Source: Candidatus Zymogenus saltonus (GTDB lineage: Bacteria; Desulfobacterota; Zymogenia; Zymogenales; Zymogenaceae). Taken from it: a stretch of DNA of 64,000 nucleotides. The stretch lies in NCBI GenBank assembly GCA_016929395.1, contig JAFGIX010000052.1, forward strand, positions 7,151 to 71,150, written 5' to 3'. The notes beneath the pieces are model-generated. The model was not told where the DNA came from and did not search any database. It was given only the letters and a program-made list of their open reading frames with translations. Positions within the stretch are counted from its first letter, which is position 1, and each line of letters starts with the position of its first letter. The translations under genes and the position numbers were made by a program. Below, piece by piece: positions 1-9,491 of the stretch.

Positions 1-148
1 CGTACAAATTCTTGCAGGCCTCAAACGTCTTGGCCTTATCGGTGGGGGAGGTTGAAATGTAGTAGAAAAACGAGACCGAAGCAATAGCTATCACCGTCAA
101 AACACCTAAAGTTATTAGTCTTTTTTTCCTTTTCTCATCTTTGGCCAT
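1..148 (-). CDS. hypothetical membrane-anchored protein, N-terminal part only (gene continues beyond window start)
   Basis: ATG at 146-148 (rc); open frame to window edge; MAKDEKRKKRLITLGVLTVIAIASVSFFYY = basic N-term + one TM helix. Confidence 0.35.
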   Translation of the reverse strand, partial: MAKDEKRKKRLITLGVLTVIAIASVSFFYYISTSPTDKAKTFEACKNLY

Positions 149-215
149 TTTTACTGTCCCCCGTTGAACTCAGTTATTAGGGCTTTTTTATAAAACTGCC
201 AATATTATACTTCTC

Positions 216-244
216 TTGACATCATTGGTCAAATACTTTATACT
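216..244 (+). promoter_or_regulatory. sigma-70-like promoter TTGACA-N17-TATACT
   Basis: TTGACA 216-221, 17-nt spacer, TATACT 239-244; ~310 nt upstream of pilin ATG. Confidence 0.4.
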
Positions 245-344
245 ACAATAAATATTGACGCATTTTTACCTTCAACCCATCAAGTTTTTCCGATCTTTGA
301 AATGATTGTAGAAATCAGTGTGACGCTTTTTTTATAAAAAATAG

Positions 345-366
345 CAAATACGCAAATTAATTTGCA
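345..366 (+). promoter_or_regulatory. enhancer-like palindrome GCAAATTAATTTGC with extra GCAAAT half-sites
   Basis: perfect 14-bp palindrome 353-366; GCAAAT also at 345-350 and ~412; ~150 nt upstream of sigma-54 promoter. Confidence 0.4.
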
Positions 367-485
367 GATTTACAAAATTTCGAGCTAAAACAACAAAGAA
401 TAAAAATAATAGCAAATTCAATTTAGAATAAAATCAATAATATTAGCGGTTTACAGGGCAAAAAAAAAGTGTGCAATGGACTAAA

Positions 486-501
486 TGGTATGTCTTTTGC
501 A
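486..501 (+). promoter_or_regulatory. sigma-54 (RpoN) -24/-12 promoter TGGTATGTCTTTTGCA
   Basis: GG-N10-GC spacing and TGGYAY..TTGCA match the sigma-54 consensus; ~50 nt upstream of pilin ATG at 554. Confidence 0.6.
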
Positions 502-553
502 ACTATATACAATATGGATTTGTATCCTATACATCTATAGGAGATTTTGCGCT

Positions 554-979
554 ATGAAAGTTTTTACAAAAAAAATCTTAGGGGATAAAAAAGGTTTTAC
601 CCTGATCGAGCTGATGATCATGGTAATGATCTTGACCATCCTTACATCGTTTGCAATACCGATTTTCTTCAAATACAGATCGCAATCTATGCAAACCGAA
701 GCAACCATTCTTCTGGCCAGTATTTGGACCAATGAAGTCACTTATTTCGGCGAAAAGAGCGAATTCTCCATGGAAAACTCCGTACTCAGCTTCGATCCGA
801 TCACAGATCCGAAATTCTACCATAACTGGTACATAAATGTCTGGGATGATGGTTTGCATTTTATCGCCACGTGCTCCACTAACCTCGATAACGACATCTT
901 TCTCGATTCGTGGAGGGTAACGGACACCGATAAAGCCCCGTTTAACTTCTATGACGATATTTCCGATATGTCTCACTAA
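554..979 (+). CDS. type IV pilin / pseudopilin (prepilin-type N-terminal cleavage/methylation domain)
   Basis: MKVFTKKILGDKKG|FTLIELMI... = prepilin leader, cleavage after Gly, Glu5, hydrophobic helix; in-frame ATG inside listed ORF 485-979. Confidence 0.8.
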   Translation: MKVFTKKILGDKKGFTLIELMIMVMILTILTSFAIPIFFKYRSQSMQTEATILLASIWTNEVTYFGEKSEFSMENSVLSFDPITDPKFYHNWYINVWDDGLHFIATCSTNLDNDIFLDSWRVTDTDKAPFNFYDDISDMSH

Positions 980-990
980 GTGTCTTAAAA

Positions 991-1265
991 GGTGAGATGG
1001 GGATTGGGAGATTGGAACGTTAGTAAGCTGGGATTGTCAGGTCATTGGAGGATTGGAACAATGGGGAGCCGGGGCGTTGGGGGTTTGGGAGATTAGGACA
1101 TAGGAACATTGGGCTTTTGGAGCGGAGAATCAGGAAATTGAGGGATTGGGGGGCAGTGGGGCGTTGGGGGATCGGGGCAGCGGGGGATTGGGGCAACAAA
1201 GGATTGGGAGATTAGGGCGTTAAGGAATTAGGGCATTTGCGTTTTGGGAGATTGGGGCGGCGGGT
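991..1265 (+). repeat. G-rich degenerate ~20-bp tandem repeats (GGGATTGGGAGATTGGGGCG-like units)
   Basis: about 12 imperfect units of GGGRTTGGGRGATTRGGRCR read directly in sequence; no ORF. Confidence 0.8.
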
Positions 1266-1315
1266 AAATATTCGATATAGAATATAGATAAAGTCTCGGA
1301 ATTGAGTTATTATTA

Positions 1316-1346
1316 TAAAAAAAGGCCTTCAAAAGGCCTTTTTTAT
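1316..1346 (+). terminator. rho-independent terminator (AAAGGCC-loop-GGCCTTTTTT)
   Basis: 7-bp GC stem plus T-run, flanked by A-run (potentially bidirectional); downstream of pilin and its repeat tract. Confidence 0.6.
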
Positions 1347-1851
1347 TGGAAGACAAAAGCGTTTTATATAGGTTTTATATAAAAATATAGGAGCGGAACC
1401 GGGAATGTGAAAGGGGGCGCGTTTTCAATCTACCCGTCCATCCGGAAAGAACAAAACCGCTTTTCCCCGTCAAGTCTTACAACAAGATAACGTAATTAAA
1501 AAATTCAACGGATAACGCCACGCTTCACCTCAATCAATCTCCATCAATTTCAACCCATTTCAATCAAATTCGATGAATGAACAAAAAACATCCCCTTCCG
1601 TCCCTGAAGCGATATCTAAATGTATTCAAGAGATGACTTTTTTGTTTCCCATCCGGAATCACCGTGTCGTAATCCGAGAATGAATTACCATCCACCCCGT
1701 TAAAAAATCGTTACCGCACTTACAAAAACAAGAGATGCAGGCAAAAACCCGCAAATATCATTTTCTGGAAGGAACTCATCCCCTCGATTCATTAAGGTTC
1801 TGTTCCTTAAGCGGTTTTCAAACTGCGCCATCTTGCCGTTTGAATCTTCCC

Positions 1852-3303
1852 TCAGTCATCTATCCATATTTTCCTCAGGGGCCTTTTGAACTTCACAAGC
1901 CCAGTCAGGCGATAAACCAACATCAGGACGATGTACATTGCCAGAACTCCGATCAGGGTCTGCCAGTAAGCCGCCGGATTCACCGTCTGCCAGCTATCCC
2001 CGACGACTTCAACTCCCTTGAGAGGCAAGTTTATCATGAAAAGGAGAGGGGCGCACAGCGGCAGCGAGATGGCGCTTGTGTAGACGAGGTCCTGGGCCAC
2101 GGGGGTCTCATACTCCGGATCAACCATCCTGAGGAGGATAAGACCGGTGTTGATAGTGCCTGTGAGCATTCCATATATCGCTATCGCCCGCTCAAAGGGA
2201 AATTTGTCGTAGGAGCGCTTGGCGTACCAGAAACAGAAGTAGAGGGTGACCAGCCCTACCGCAACCCCCGTAACCAAGATTGGGACGATAAAGTCGATGA
2301 CCACGGCCAGAGATATGGCGGCTATGGAGCAGACCACAAGGAAATCGACCGAGAGGCCCGCTATGCGGCTCATGGTGCCGTTGTCTATGATGTGTCCCAA
2401 TCCTATCTTGTGGACTATGATCCTCGCAAGGAGTGTCAAAAGCGTCGCGAAGATGAAGAAGAAACCCTCAAGGGTGCTTGCAATACCTGCGGCCCCGACA
2501 CCGATCAACAGGTTGATAATCGGGAACATTATAATATAGGTAATCAACATCATGAGTCCTATCAGGGCCACGTGAAACGCAAAAGATTCGATCGCTTCCG
2601 AGGTGGTTGTCAGCTTCCCCGCTATGGGCCTCTTGCTGTCCTTCGAGAAAAAGCCCGTATAAACGTCCCTGCTCAAGTGGGATTTGTCCTTGACGAGGGT
2701 CGCCCATCCCTTCCTTATCCCGATGTTGACGAGGGGAACTCCGATGAAACAAGCCCAAAAGTAACCGAACGCGGCGAGGGTAAGGCCAAGGTTTCCCGCA
2801 TGTTTAAAATTGAAATTCGTCTCCCAGCCGTTGGCTATGGAGAAGGTAAGGCCGGGACCCTGTCCGAATCCCAAGGGGGCAATGGCGCCAAAGGTCGGAA
2901 AAAGACCGGGGTAGATGGTGTACATAAGCAAAAATCCCAGCCCGATTCCCACAACCCCCTGGAGGGCGTAAAGGGTCGATGAGCTGACCCCCATGGCCAC
3001 GGCGTCCCTCCCCCTCTTTTCCCCCTCCGGCTTCCTCCAGGCCATGGCGATAAACGTAATCGCCAAAAGATGATAGACGTAAACTCCGAGCCTGTCTATG
3101 TCAAAGGGAAGAGAAAGATAGGGAGCGATCTTGCCTATGAAGCTCTCGTTCATAAGCATGGCCAGAAAGCCCCCGATCAAGGCCACGGGAACGAGAAAGT
3201 TCTGTAAGAACTTTATTTTGGCCCTGAGGTACGATCCCAAAAGTAAAAAACTGAACAAAATTGAAACCTCGACTAAAATATCCCAACATAAATTGGTGCT
3301 CAT
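1852..3303 (-). CDS. polytopic membrane permease, probably sodium/glutamate symporter (GltS/ESS)-like
   Basis: about 12 predicted TM helices; GxGTxxTG-like motif region resembling GltS; start set at MSTNL with GGAGGAAATAATG RBS (ORF 1852-3357). Confidence 0.5.
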   Translation of the reverse strand: MSTNLCWDILVEVSILFSFLLLGSYLRAKIKFLQNFLVPVALIGGFLAMLMNESFIGKIAPYLSLPFDIDRLGVYVYHLLAITFIAMAWRKPEGEKRGRDAVAMGVSSSTLYALQGVVGIGLGFLLMYTIYPGLFPTFGAIAPLGFGQGPGLTFSIANGWETNFNFKHAGNLGLTLAAFGYFWACFIGVPLVNIGIRKGWATLVKDKSHLSRDVYTGFFSKDSKRPIAGKLTTTSEAIESFAFHVALIGLMMLITYIIMFPIINLLIGVGAAGIASTLEGFFFIFATLLTLLARIIVHKIGLGHIIDNGTMSRIAGLSVDFLVVCSIAAISLAVVIDFIVPILVTGVAVGLVTLYFCFWYAKRSYDKFPFERAIAIYGMLTGTINTGLILLRMVDPEYETPVAQDLVYTSAISLPLCAPLLFMINLPLKGVEVVGDSWQTVNPAAYWQTLIGVLAMYIVLMLVYRLTGLVKFKRPLRKIWIDD

Positions 3304-3509
3304 TATTTCCTCCAAGCAAAAGACGAAAAATTGACATAAAGTCTTAAAAAACGACATATTATATAATATTTTTATACCTTTACTGTCAAGATAATAAAAT
3401 CCGCCAAAATATGCACGCCAATGACCTTAATGTGTTGACTTTTTAGATTGTATACGATTAAATTAACTAATCCATCTCGTTAACATTATTTGCAGATTAT
3501 GAGGACAAA

Positions 3510-4823
3510 ATGAAACTTTGTATCATCGGGACCGGGTATGTGGGATTGGTCACGGGAAGCTGTTTTGCAGATATGGGAAACGACGTCATCTGCGTCGACA
3601 AGGACAAGGCCAAGATCGATGCATTGAAAAAGGGAGAGCTGGGCATCTACGAGCCGGGCCTGAGCGATCTCGTCAGTCGAAATTACTCCAGGGGACGGCT
3701 CATATTCACAACGAACCTCGAAGAGGGCGTAAAAAACTCCCTCATATGTTTTATCGCCGTAGGCACCCCCGAAAACGAGGACGGCAGCGCCGACCTCAAA
3801 CACGTATTGGATGTTGCGGGAGCCATCGGCAGGGTGATGGACGGCTACAGGATTATCGTGGACAAGAGCACCGTCCCCGTGGGTACGGCCGATCTCGTGG
3901 CGCAGGTAATAAAGAAAGAGACAAACAACGAGTTCGACGTGGTCTCCAATCCCGAATTCCTTAAGGAGGGAGCGGCGGTCGACGACTTCATGAAGCCCGA
4001 AAGGATAATCATCGGGACCGACGACGTGCGTGTGGCCGAGATAATGAAGGAGCTCTATGCGCCGTTTATCAGAACAGGAAATCCGATGTATATCATGGAC
4101 GTAAAATCCGCGGAGCTGACGAAATACGCCTCGAACGCCTTTCTGGCCACGAAAATATCCTTTATGAACGAGATCGCAAACCTCTGCGACAGGCTCGGGG
4201 CCAACGTCGAGCACGTCAGGAAGGGGATGGGGTCCGACTCGAGGATCGGGCCGAAGTTCCTCTTCCCGGGAGTAGGATTTGGCGGCTCCTGTTTCCCGAA
4301 GGACCTGTCGGCAATCATCAAGACCAGCGAAGAGGCGGGCTCTCCCTTAAGGATTGCAAAATCCGTCATGGATGTAAACCGCGCCCAAAGGGAGGTCTTC
4401 ATTGAAAAAATCTCTTCCCATTTCGAAGGTAAAATAGAAGCTCTCACAATTGCCGTCTGGGGCCTCTCTTTCAAGCCCCAGACCGACGACATCAGGGAGG
4501 CGCCCTCCATAATTATTGCGGAAAGGCTCCTCGAAAGCGGCGCCAAGCTCAGGGTCTTCGACCCGGCGGCGATGGACAACTTTAAAGAGATCTTCGGGAA
4601 GAAGGTCTATTTTGCCAAGGATGCTTATGACGCTGTAAGCGATTCCGACGCCATGGTCCTTGTAACGGAGTGGAACGAATTCAGAAACCCCGACTTTCCG
4701 AGGATCAAGAAATTGATGAAAAGCCCTGTCATATTTGACGGCAGGAACCAGTACAACCGGGACGAGATCGAGAGGATCGGCTTCACATACTACTGCATTG
4801 GGAGGCCCGGGAGAAAGGGATAG
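3510..4823 (+). CDS. ugd: UDP-glucose 6-dehydrogenase
   Basis: MKLCIIGTGYVGLVTGSCFA... NAD-binding N-term, GGSCFPKD catalytic Cys motif. Confidence 0.9.
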   Translation: MKLCIIGTGYVGLVTGSCFADMGNDVICVDKDKAKIDALKKGELGIYEPGLSDLVSRNYSRGRLIFTTNLEEGVKNSLICFIAVGTPENEDGSADLKHVLDVAGAIGRVMDGYRIIVDKSTVPVGTADLVAQVIKKETNNEFDVVSNPEFLKEGAAVDDFMKPERIIIGTDDVRVAEIMKELYAPFIRTGNPMYIMDVKSAELTKYASNAFLATKISFMNEIANLCDRLGANVEHVRKGMGSDSRIGPKFLFPGVGFGGSCFPKDLSAIIKTSEEAGSPLRIAKSVMDVNRAQREVFIEKISSHFEGKIEALTIAVWGLSFKPQTDDIREAPSIIIAERLLESGAKLRVFDPAAMDNFKEIFGKKVYFAKDAYDAVSDSDAMVLVTEWNEFRNPDFPRIKKLMKSPVIFDGRNQYNRDEIERIGFTYYCIGRPGRKG

Positions 4824-5762
4824 ATGAAAAAGCGGGTTCTCATAACCGGTGGTGCGGGCTTTATCGGATCACATCTTATCGAGAGACTTATGGGGTCGGA
4901 CGTGGAGGTAATCTGTCTCGACAATTTCTTCACGGGTGAGAAGGAGAACATCGGCAAGTTCCTGGGACAGCCGGAGTTCGAGCTTATCCGCCATGACATC
5001 GTGGAGCCGATACTCCTCGAGGTCGACGAGATCTACCACCTGGCGTGTCCGGCCTCCCCCATCTACTACCAGCACAATCCGGTAAAGACGATCAAGACGA
5101 ACGTGATAGGAACCCTGAACATGCTGGGTCTGGCAAAGAGGGTAAGGGCCAAGCTCCTCCTCACCTCCACGTCGGAGGTCTACGGCGATCCCGAGGTCCA
5201 CCCTCAGGTGGAGGAATACTGGGGGCACGTAAACCCGATAGGCCTGAGAAGCTGCTACGACGAGGGGAAGCGGGTGGCGGAGAGCCTGATGGTCTCCTAC
5301 CGCCAGCAGAACGACGTGGAGATCCGAATAGCGAGGATATTCAACACCTACGGCCCGAACATGTCGATAGACGACGGGAGGGTTATAAGCAACTTCATCT
5401 GGGCCGCTCTATGGGAAAAGCCGATCACAATCTTCGGAGACGGGAGCCAGACCCGGTCTTTCTGCTACGTCTCGGACATGGTGGAGGGCCTGATCAGGCT
5501 CATGGAGTCCGCCCCCTACACAGGACCGATGAACCTGGGCAACCCGAAGGAGATGACGATATTAGAGATTGCCGAGAAGATAAGAGAGATGACAAAAACC
5601 AGATCGGAGATTGTCTTCGAGCCGCTGCCGGAAGACGACCCCACCCGGCGCTGTCCCGACATCTCAAAGGCGATAAGGGAGCTCAACTGGGAGCCGAAGG
5701 TGACGTTCGACGACGGGATAAAAAGGACGATAGACTATTTCAGGGGATTGAAGGGGAATTGA
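4824..5762 (+). CDS. uxs: UDP-glucuronate decarboxylase (UDP-xylose synthase), SDR family
   Basis: VLITGGAGFIGSHL... YxxxK region, strong UXS-like sequence; ATG abuts ugd stop. Confidence 0.85.
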   Translation: MKKRVLITGGAGFIGSHLIERLMGSDVEVICLDNFFTGEKENIGKFLGQPEFELIRHDIVEPILLEVDEIYHLACPASPIYYQHNPVKTIKTNVIGTLNMLGLAKRVRAKLLLTSTSEVYGDPEVHPQVEEYWGHVNPIGLRSCYDEGKRVAESLMVSYRQQNDVEIRIARIFNTYGPNMSIDDGRVISNFIWAALWEKPITIFGDGSQTRSFCYVSDMVEGLIRLMESAPYTGPMNLGNPKEMTILEIAEKIREMTKTRSEIVFEPLPEDDPTRRCPDISKAIRELNWEPKVTFDDGIKRTIDYFRGLKGN

Positions 5763-6149
5763 AGGCGATTTTCTCCTCGAATCCGAAAACGGCGGTTGGT
5801 TTAATCTCGAATTCATCAGGGGAGGGAGTTAAAGCAATCGTTGGTGGCAGTCAAAAAGACCGGTGAAATCCTAATTATAACCATTTTGGTATTGGTAAGA
5901 TCGGAAAGTATATTTTTCAAGTATTGGAGCTGACCCAAGTTTTTTTAAATCGGTTGTCAATAAATTGCAGTATGCCTTCCCCCGTTAAAAAAACGTTAGT
6001 GTCTTTCAGTCATTGAGAATCCCGAAAGACCTGAATATTTAACAAACCATCCTGCCGGCCTACCGGCCTGTCTTTAATTGAACTGCTGCACTAAAGAATT
6101 GAGTCCGTATATTAATTGTAATTGCAATCCATCGCCTACAATTTGACCG

Positions 6150-7586
6150 TTACTCTCCCGAATCCCCCACCGCCCTCAAGAACTCCCCGTAGTCGTAGAC
6201 CTTCTTCAACGCAGAGAGCGCCCGCTCCGGCGAGGGAAACGTCGGCACCCCACCCTCGATGAACTCCGCCTCCATCCTGTCGTCACCCACGTTCTTCGTA
6301 AACTCCTCGAGGGTCACGGCGATAAGCGCCTTCTTCGTGTCGTTCTTGGCAGAGATAAGCTCCCTCCTGTACACCTCGTTCATCTCCTTGTAGAACGTTC
6401 CCCCGATGATAACCACCGAGTCCACGTTCGGGTCCTCAAGGAGATACCTCGCAGGGAGGGTGTACTGCTCCGAGATTCCCGAGGCCCCCAACCCCACATC
6501 GACCGGGTTTTTCACGCTCGTCCCCTCTCCAGGAATGACCTTCGCTATCTTCCGCTTCGTCTCTTCGGTGAGGGCGGCAAGAGCGAGCCCCTCCCTGGCA
6601 ACAATATCGGCGGCGGAAACCGCAAGCCCCCCCGGCCCCGATAGGATCGCGACCCTCTTCCCCAGGGGATAGGGAATAAACTTGAGCGCCATCATCGCGT
6701 CGACGATCTCGTCCATCCCCTGGGCGGTCACGGCTCCCAGCTGTCTCAGCGCGGCCTCCCACAGCTCGGAATTGCCGGAGAGCGCCCCGGTGTGGGAGAG
6801 GGCCGCCTTTGCGCCCAGATCGGTAAGCCCCGCCTTCCAGACCACGACCGGCTTTTTGGGCGTGACACCCTTCAGGGTTTCGAAAAACCGCCTCCCCTCC
6901 GGGATCCCCTCGATGTAGGAGATGATCACCTTCGTCTCGTCGTCCCCGGCGAAATATGAGGCAAAATCGGAGGGCGTCAGGTCGCAGGCGTTCCCGAAGC
7001 TTATCACCTTGCTGAAGTAGAGGTGGCGGCTTGCCGCCCGCCAGACGGTCATCGAGGCGAGCGACCCTGACCCCGCCACAAACGATACGTCCCCCGGCGT
7101 CGTCGGCATCCCCGGGAAAAAGGACATCCCCGCCTTCGGCGAGTAGACCCCCTGGCAGTTGGGGCCGATGAGCCTTATCCCCGCCTTCCCCGCCCTCTCC
7201 ACCAGTAGCCTCTGCTCTGAGGCGCCCTCCTCCCCCAGCTCGGCGAGGCCGGCCGTGAAGATGACGGCGGCTGTGGTCCCCACCTCCCCCAGCTCATCGA
7301 TGATGCCGGGGAGGTGCTTCTTAGGAACGAGGACGATTGCCAGATCGATCGGTCCGGGGATCTCCCGCGTCCGCTTGATCACCTTTATCCCGTCTATCTC
7401 GTCCGCCCTCGGGTTTACGGGATATATCTTTCCCTTGTATCCTGAAGCGACCAGCCCCATCAGAAAGAGCCTCCCCATCTTCGGCCCCTCCGGCACCCCA
7501 ACCACCGCAACGCTCTTCGGATTGAATATCGCGTCCATAAGCCCATTCAGGCTTTTGCCTCCGACACCGGCAGAGAGAGCGGTCAT
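6150..7586 (-). CDS. CoA-binding protein / acetate--CoA ligase (ADP-forming) family, fused alpha-beta type
   Basis: KSVAVVGV.. CoA-binding Rossmann, LIGPNCQG, succinyl-CoA synthetase-like ligase-CoA domain. Confidence 0.75.
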   Translation of the reverse strand: MTALSAGVGGKSLNGLMDAIFNPKSVAVVGVPEGPKMGRLFLMGLVASGYKGKIYPVNPRADEIDGIKVIKRTREIPGPIDLAIVLVPKKHLPGIIDELGEVGTTAAVIFTAGLAELGEEGASEQRLLVERAGKAGIRLIGPNCQGVYSPKAGMSFFPGMPTTPGDVSFVAGSGSLASMTVWRAASRHLYFSKVISFGNACDLTPSDFASYFAGDDETKVIISYIEGIPEGRRFFETLKGVTPKKPVVVWKAGLTDLGAKAALSHTGALSGNSELWEAALRQLGAVTAQGMDEIVDAMMALKFIPYPLGKRVAILSGPGGLAVSAADIVAREGLALAALTEETKRKIAKVIPGEGTSVKNPVDVGLGASGISEQYTLPARYLLEDPNVDSVVIIGGTFYKEMNEVYRRELISAKNDTKKALIAVTLEEFTKNVGDDRMEAEFIEGGVPTFPSPERALSALKKVYDYGEFLRAVGDSGE

Positions 7587-7789
7587 AAATCGCCTCCGAA
7601 ATTTTTGTGCGTGCTATTTTCCATATTTTCCCTTTAACATCTACCACAAAGGGGAGCCGATGTAAAGTTACAAGAGCGCATCTTCCCACTCATTACGCTT
7701 TTGACGGGTAAAAACCATCCAATCCGATTGACACCCTCGGAAATGCGGTTTAAAATAGGGGCCTGTAATACTTTTTATGGAGGTCTAAA

Positions 7790-8902
7790 GTGAAAGGCAA
7801 GATCCTGATGTTATTTCTGATTTTTGCCCTTTTATCTACACTTTTTGCGGCCGCGCCCGCATTCCCCAAGGAGCTCAAGGTCGTCACCATCAACGTCTGG
7901 TCGGGCCTAGACTACGAGGGGACGTTAAAGATGGGGGAGTACGAGTCGAAGGAGGTGAGGATGGGGAGGTACAACCTCCTCGTTAAGGAGTTAAAACGCC
8001 TCGACCCTGACGTGATCGCGATCAATGAGGCGAACCTCCTCCCCAGGTACGCCCGCAGGCTGGCCAAAGACCTCGACATGGACAAAATCCACTCCGTAGG
8101 CCTCGGGGGAATCCACTTCGGCTACATCGGGATACCGGTGAACTTCAGGGAGGGTGACGCCATCCTCGCTAAAAAAGAGCTCAAGCTCAAATCCCTCGGA
8201 AGGAAGAGGCTCTCCGGCGGGGGGATCATAAATAACTTCATGACGTTCCACCTGACCGACGCCTGCCAGATAATCGGTGGCGTGATAAATTTCGACGGCA
8301 GGGACGTCTACATCTTCAACACCCACACCCACGCAAGCCCCCCCAACGAGCCCTGGTTCATGGAGAGGCTGGAGGGGGCGAGGGCCGAGGGGAGGCTCAC
8401 CGAGGAGGGACTCAGAATCGCAAAAGAGTCGGTCGTTGAAGACCAGAAGTGGCGGATGGACGAGATAACGAAGCTCCTCAAGTGGGTGTCCGAGGTTGTG
8501 CCCAGGGGTAGGCCCGTTGTGCTCGTGGGGGATTTCAACGCGGAGATTGACACCGTCGAGATGAGGCAGGTTATAGACGCCGGGTTCATCGACACACACG
8601 CCGTCGCAAACCCCGACTCGGTATCCATGGGCTACACATGGAATCCCGAGACGAACCTCAATATAATCAAATACTACGATGCAGAAGCGGCAAGGACGTT
8701 GAGCGAGGCCGACGGCGCAAGCCCGAAGAAGATCGCCGACAAGCTGGATGACTTCATCCAGAAACGCCTCGACTTCATCTTCGTGTCGGAGAGCATAGGG
8801 GCGGAGAACGTCATCGAGAGCGCGGTCGTCTTGGACAGGGAGGAGGGGGGACAGCACCCGTCCGATCACTACGGCGTTATGAGCGTAGTCAATATTGAAT
8901 AG
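7790..8902 (+). CDS. secreted endonuclease/exonuclease/phosphatase (EEP) family protein
   Basis: signal peptide; TINVWSG...VLVGDFN...SDHYGV EEP motifs. Confidence 0.8.
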   Translation: MKGKILMLFLIFALLSTLFAAAPAFPKELKVVTINVWSGLDYEGTLKMGEYESKEVRMGRYNLLVKELKRLDPDVIAINEANLLPRYARRLAKDLDMDKIHSVGLGGIHFGYIGIPVNFREGDAILAKKELKLKSLGRKRLSGGGIINNFMTFHLTDACQIIGGVINFDGRDVYIFNTHTHASPPNEPWFMERLEGARAEGRLTEEGLRIAKESVVEDQKWRMDEITKLLKWVSEVVPRGRPVVLVGDFNAEIDTVEMRQVIDAGFIDTHAVANPDSVSMGYTWNPETNLNIIKYYDAEAARTLSEADGASPKKIADKLDDFIQKRLDFIFVSESIGAENVIESAVVLDREEGGQHPSDHYGVMSVVNIE

Positions 8903-8924
8903 TTGCGGAAGGACGATACTCCCC

Positions 8925-9371
8925 ATGAAAAACAGCAAAACTGTTTCCGTCATCGCTGTAATGCTTCTTGCCGTCTCTCTCTACATGATACTCCCACCGA
9001 CGGCCAAGGGGGAAGGGACGGCCCTTGTCAAGGTCAAGGGAATCCCCCTCACGGTGGAGATAGCGGATAAACCGGCCGAGCGCTCCCTTGGCCTCATGTA
9101 CCGCAAAAACCTCCCGGAAAACAAGGGGATGCTCTTCATATACAAGAGGCCCGCAACGATGAACTTCTGGATGAAGAACACCTACGTCCCCCTCTCCATC
9201 GCCTATATCGACACTAACGGATACATCATCGCGATATTCAAGATGGAGCCTCTGAACGAAAAAAAGATCTACTCGTCGCCCGCCCCCGCAATATGGGCGC
9301 TTGAGGTCAACCAGGGGTGGTTCGAGAAAAACGGCGTAAGGGTAGGGGACAGGGTGAAGCTATACAAGTAG
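8925..9371 (+). CDS. DUF192 (COG1430) domain protein
   Basis: signal/TM N-term; GLMYRKNLPENKGMLFIY...MKNTYVPLSIAYID typical of DUF192; start chosen at MKNSK (ORF from 8895 overlaps upstream stop). Confidence 0.75.
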   Translation: MKNSKTVSVIAVMLLAVSLYMILPPTAKGEGTALVKVKGIPLTVEIADKPAERSLGLMYRKNLPENKGMLFIYKRPATMNFWMKNTYVPLSIAYIDTNGYIIAIFKMEPLNEKKIYSSPAPAIWALEVNQGWFEKNGVRVGDRVKLYK

Positions 9372-9418
9372 CAGATTTCAGCTACAGCGGTTTTTTTTAA
9401 ATCGCAATGCTCATTAAA

Positions 9419-9455
9419 AGGGGCCGCCCCGTGACCAAAACCGGGCGGCCCTAGC
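9419..9455 (-). terminator. GC-rich hairpin terminator between convergent genes
   Basis: GGGCCGCCC / GGGCGGCCC 9-bp stem, 13-nt loop. Confidence 0.5.
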
Positions 9456-9491
9456 TTCTTCAGCATGTATCCAAGGCGCAACATATTAAAA

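Noticed and set aside
991-1265. Possible CRISPR array (repetitive region)
   Set aside because: Units are degenerate and contiguous without unique spacers of constant length; no cas genes; a G-rich tandem repeat instead.
1735-2982. 415-aa ORF on the plus strand
   Set aside because: Antisense shadow of the well-supported minus-strand permease gene; low-complexity Arg/Gly/Asp-rich translation.
5045-5866. 273-aa Arg/Gly-rich ORF
   Set aside because: Alternative frame inside uxs; composition typical of GC-rich out-of-frame translation.
7991-8953. 320-aa minus-strand ORF
   Set aside because: Antisense to the EEP-family gene, no motifs.
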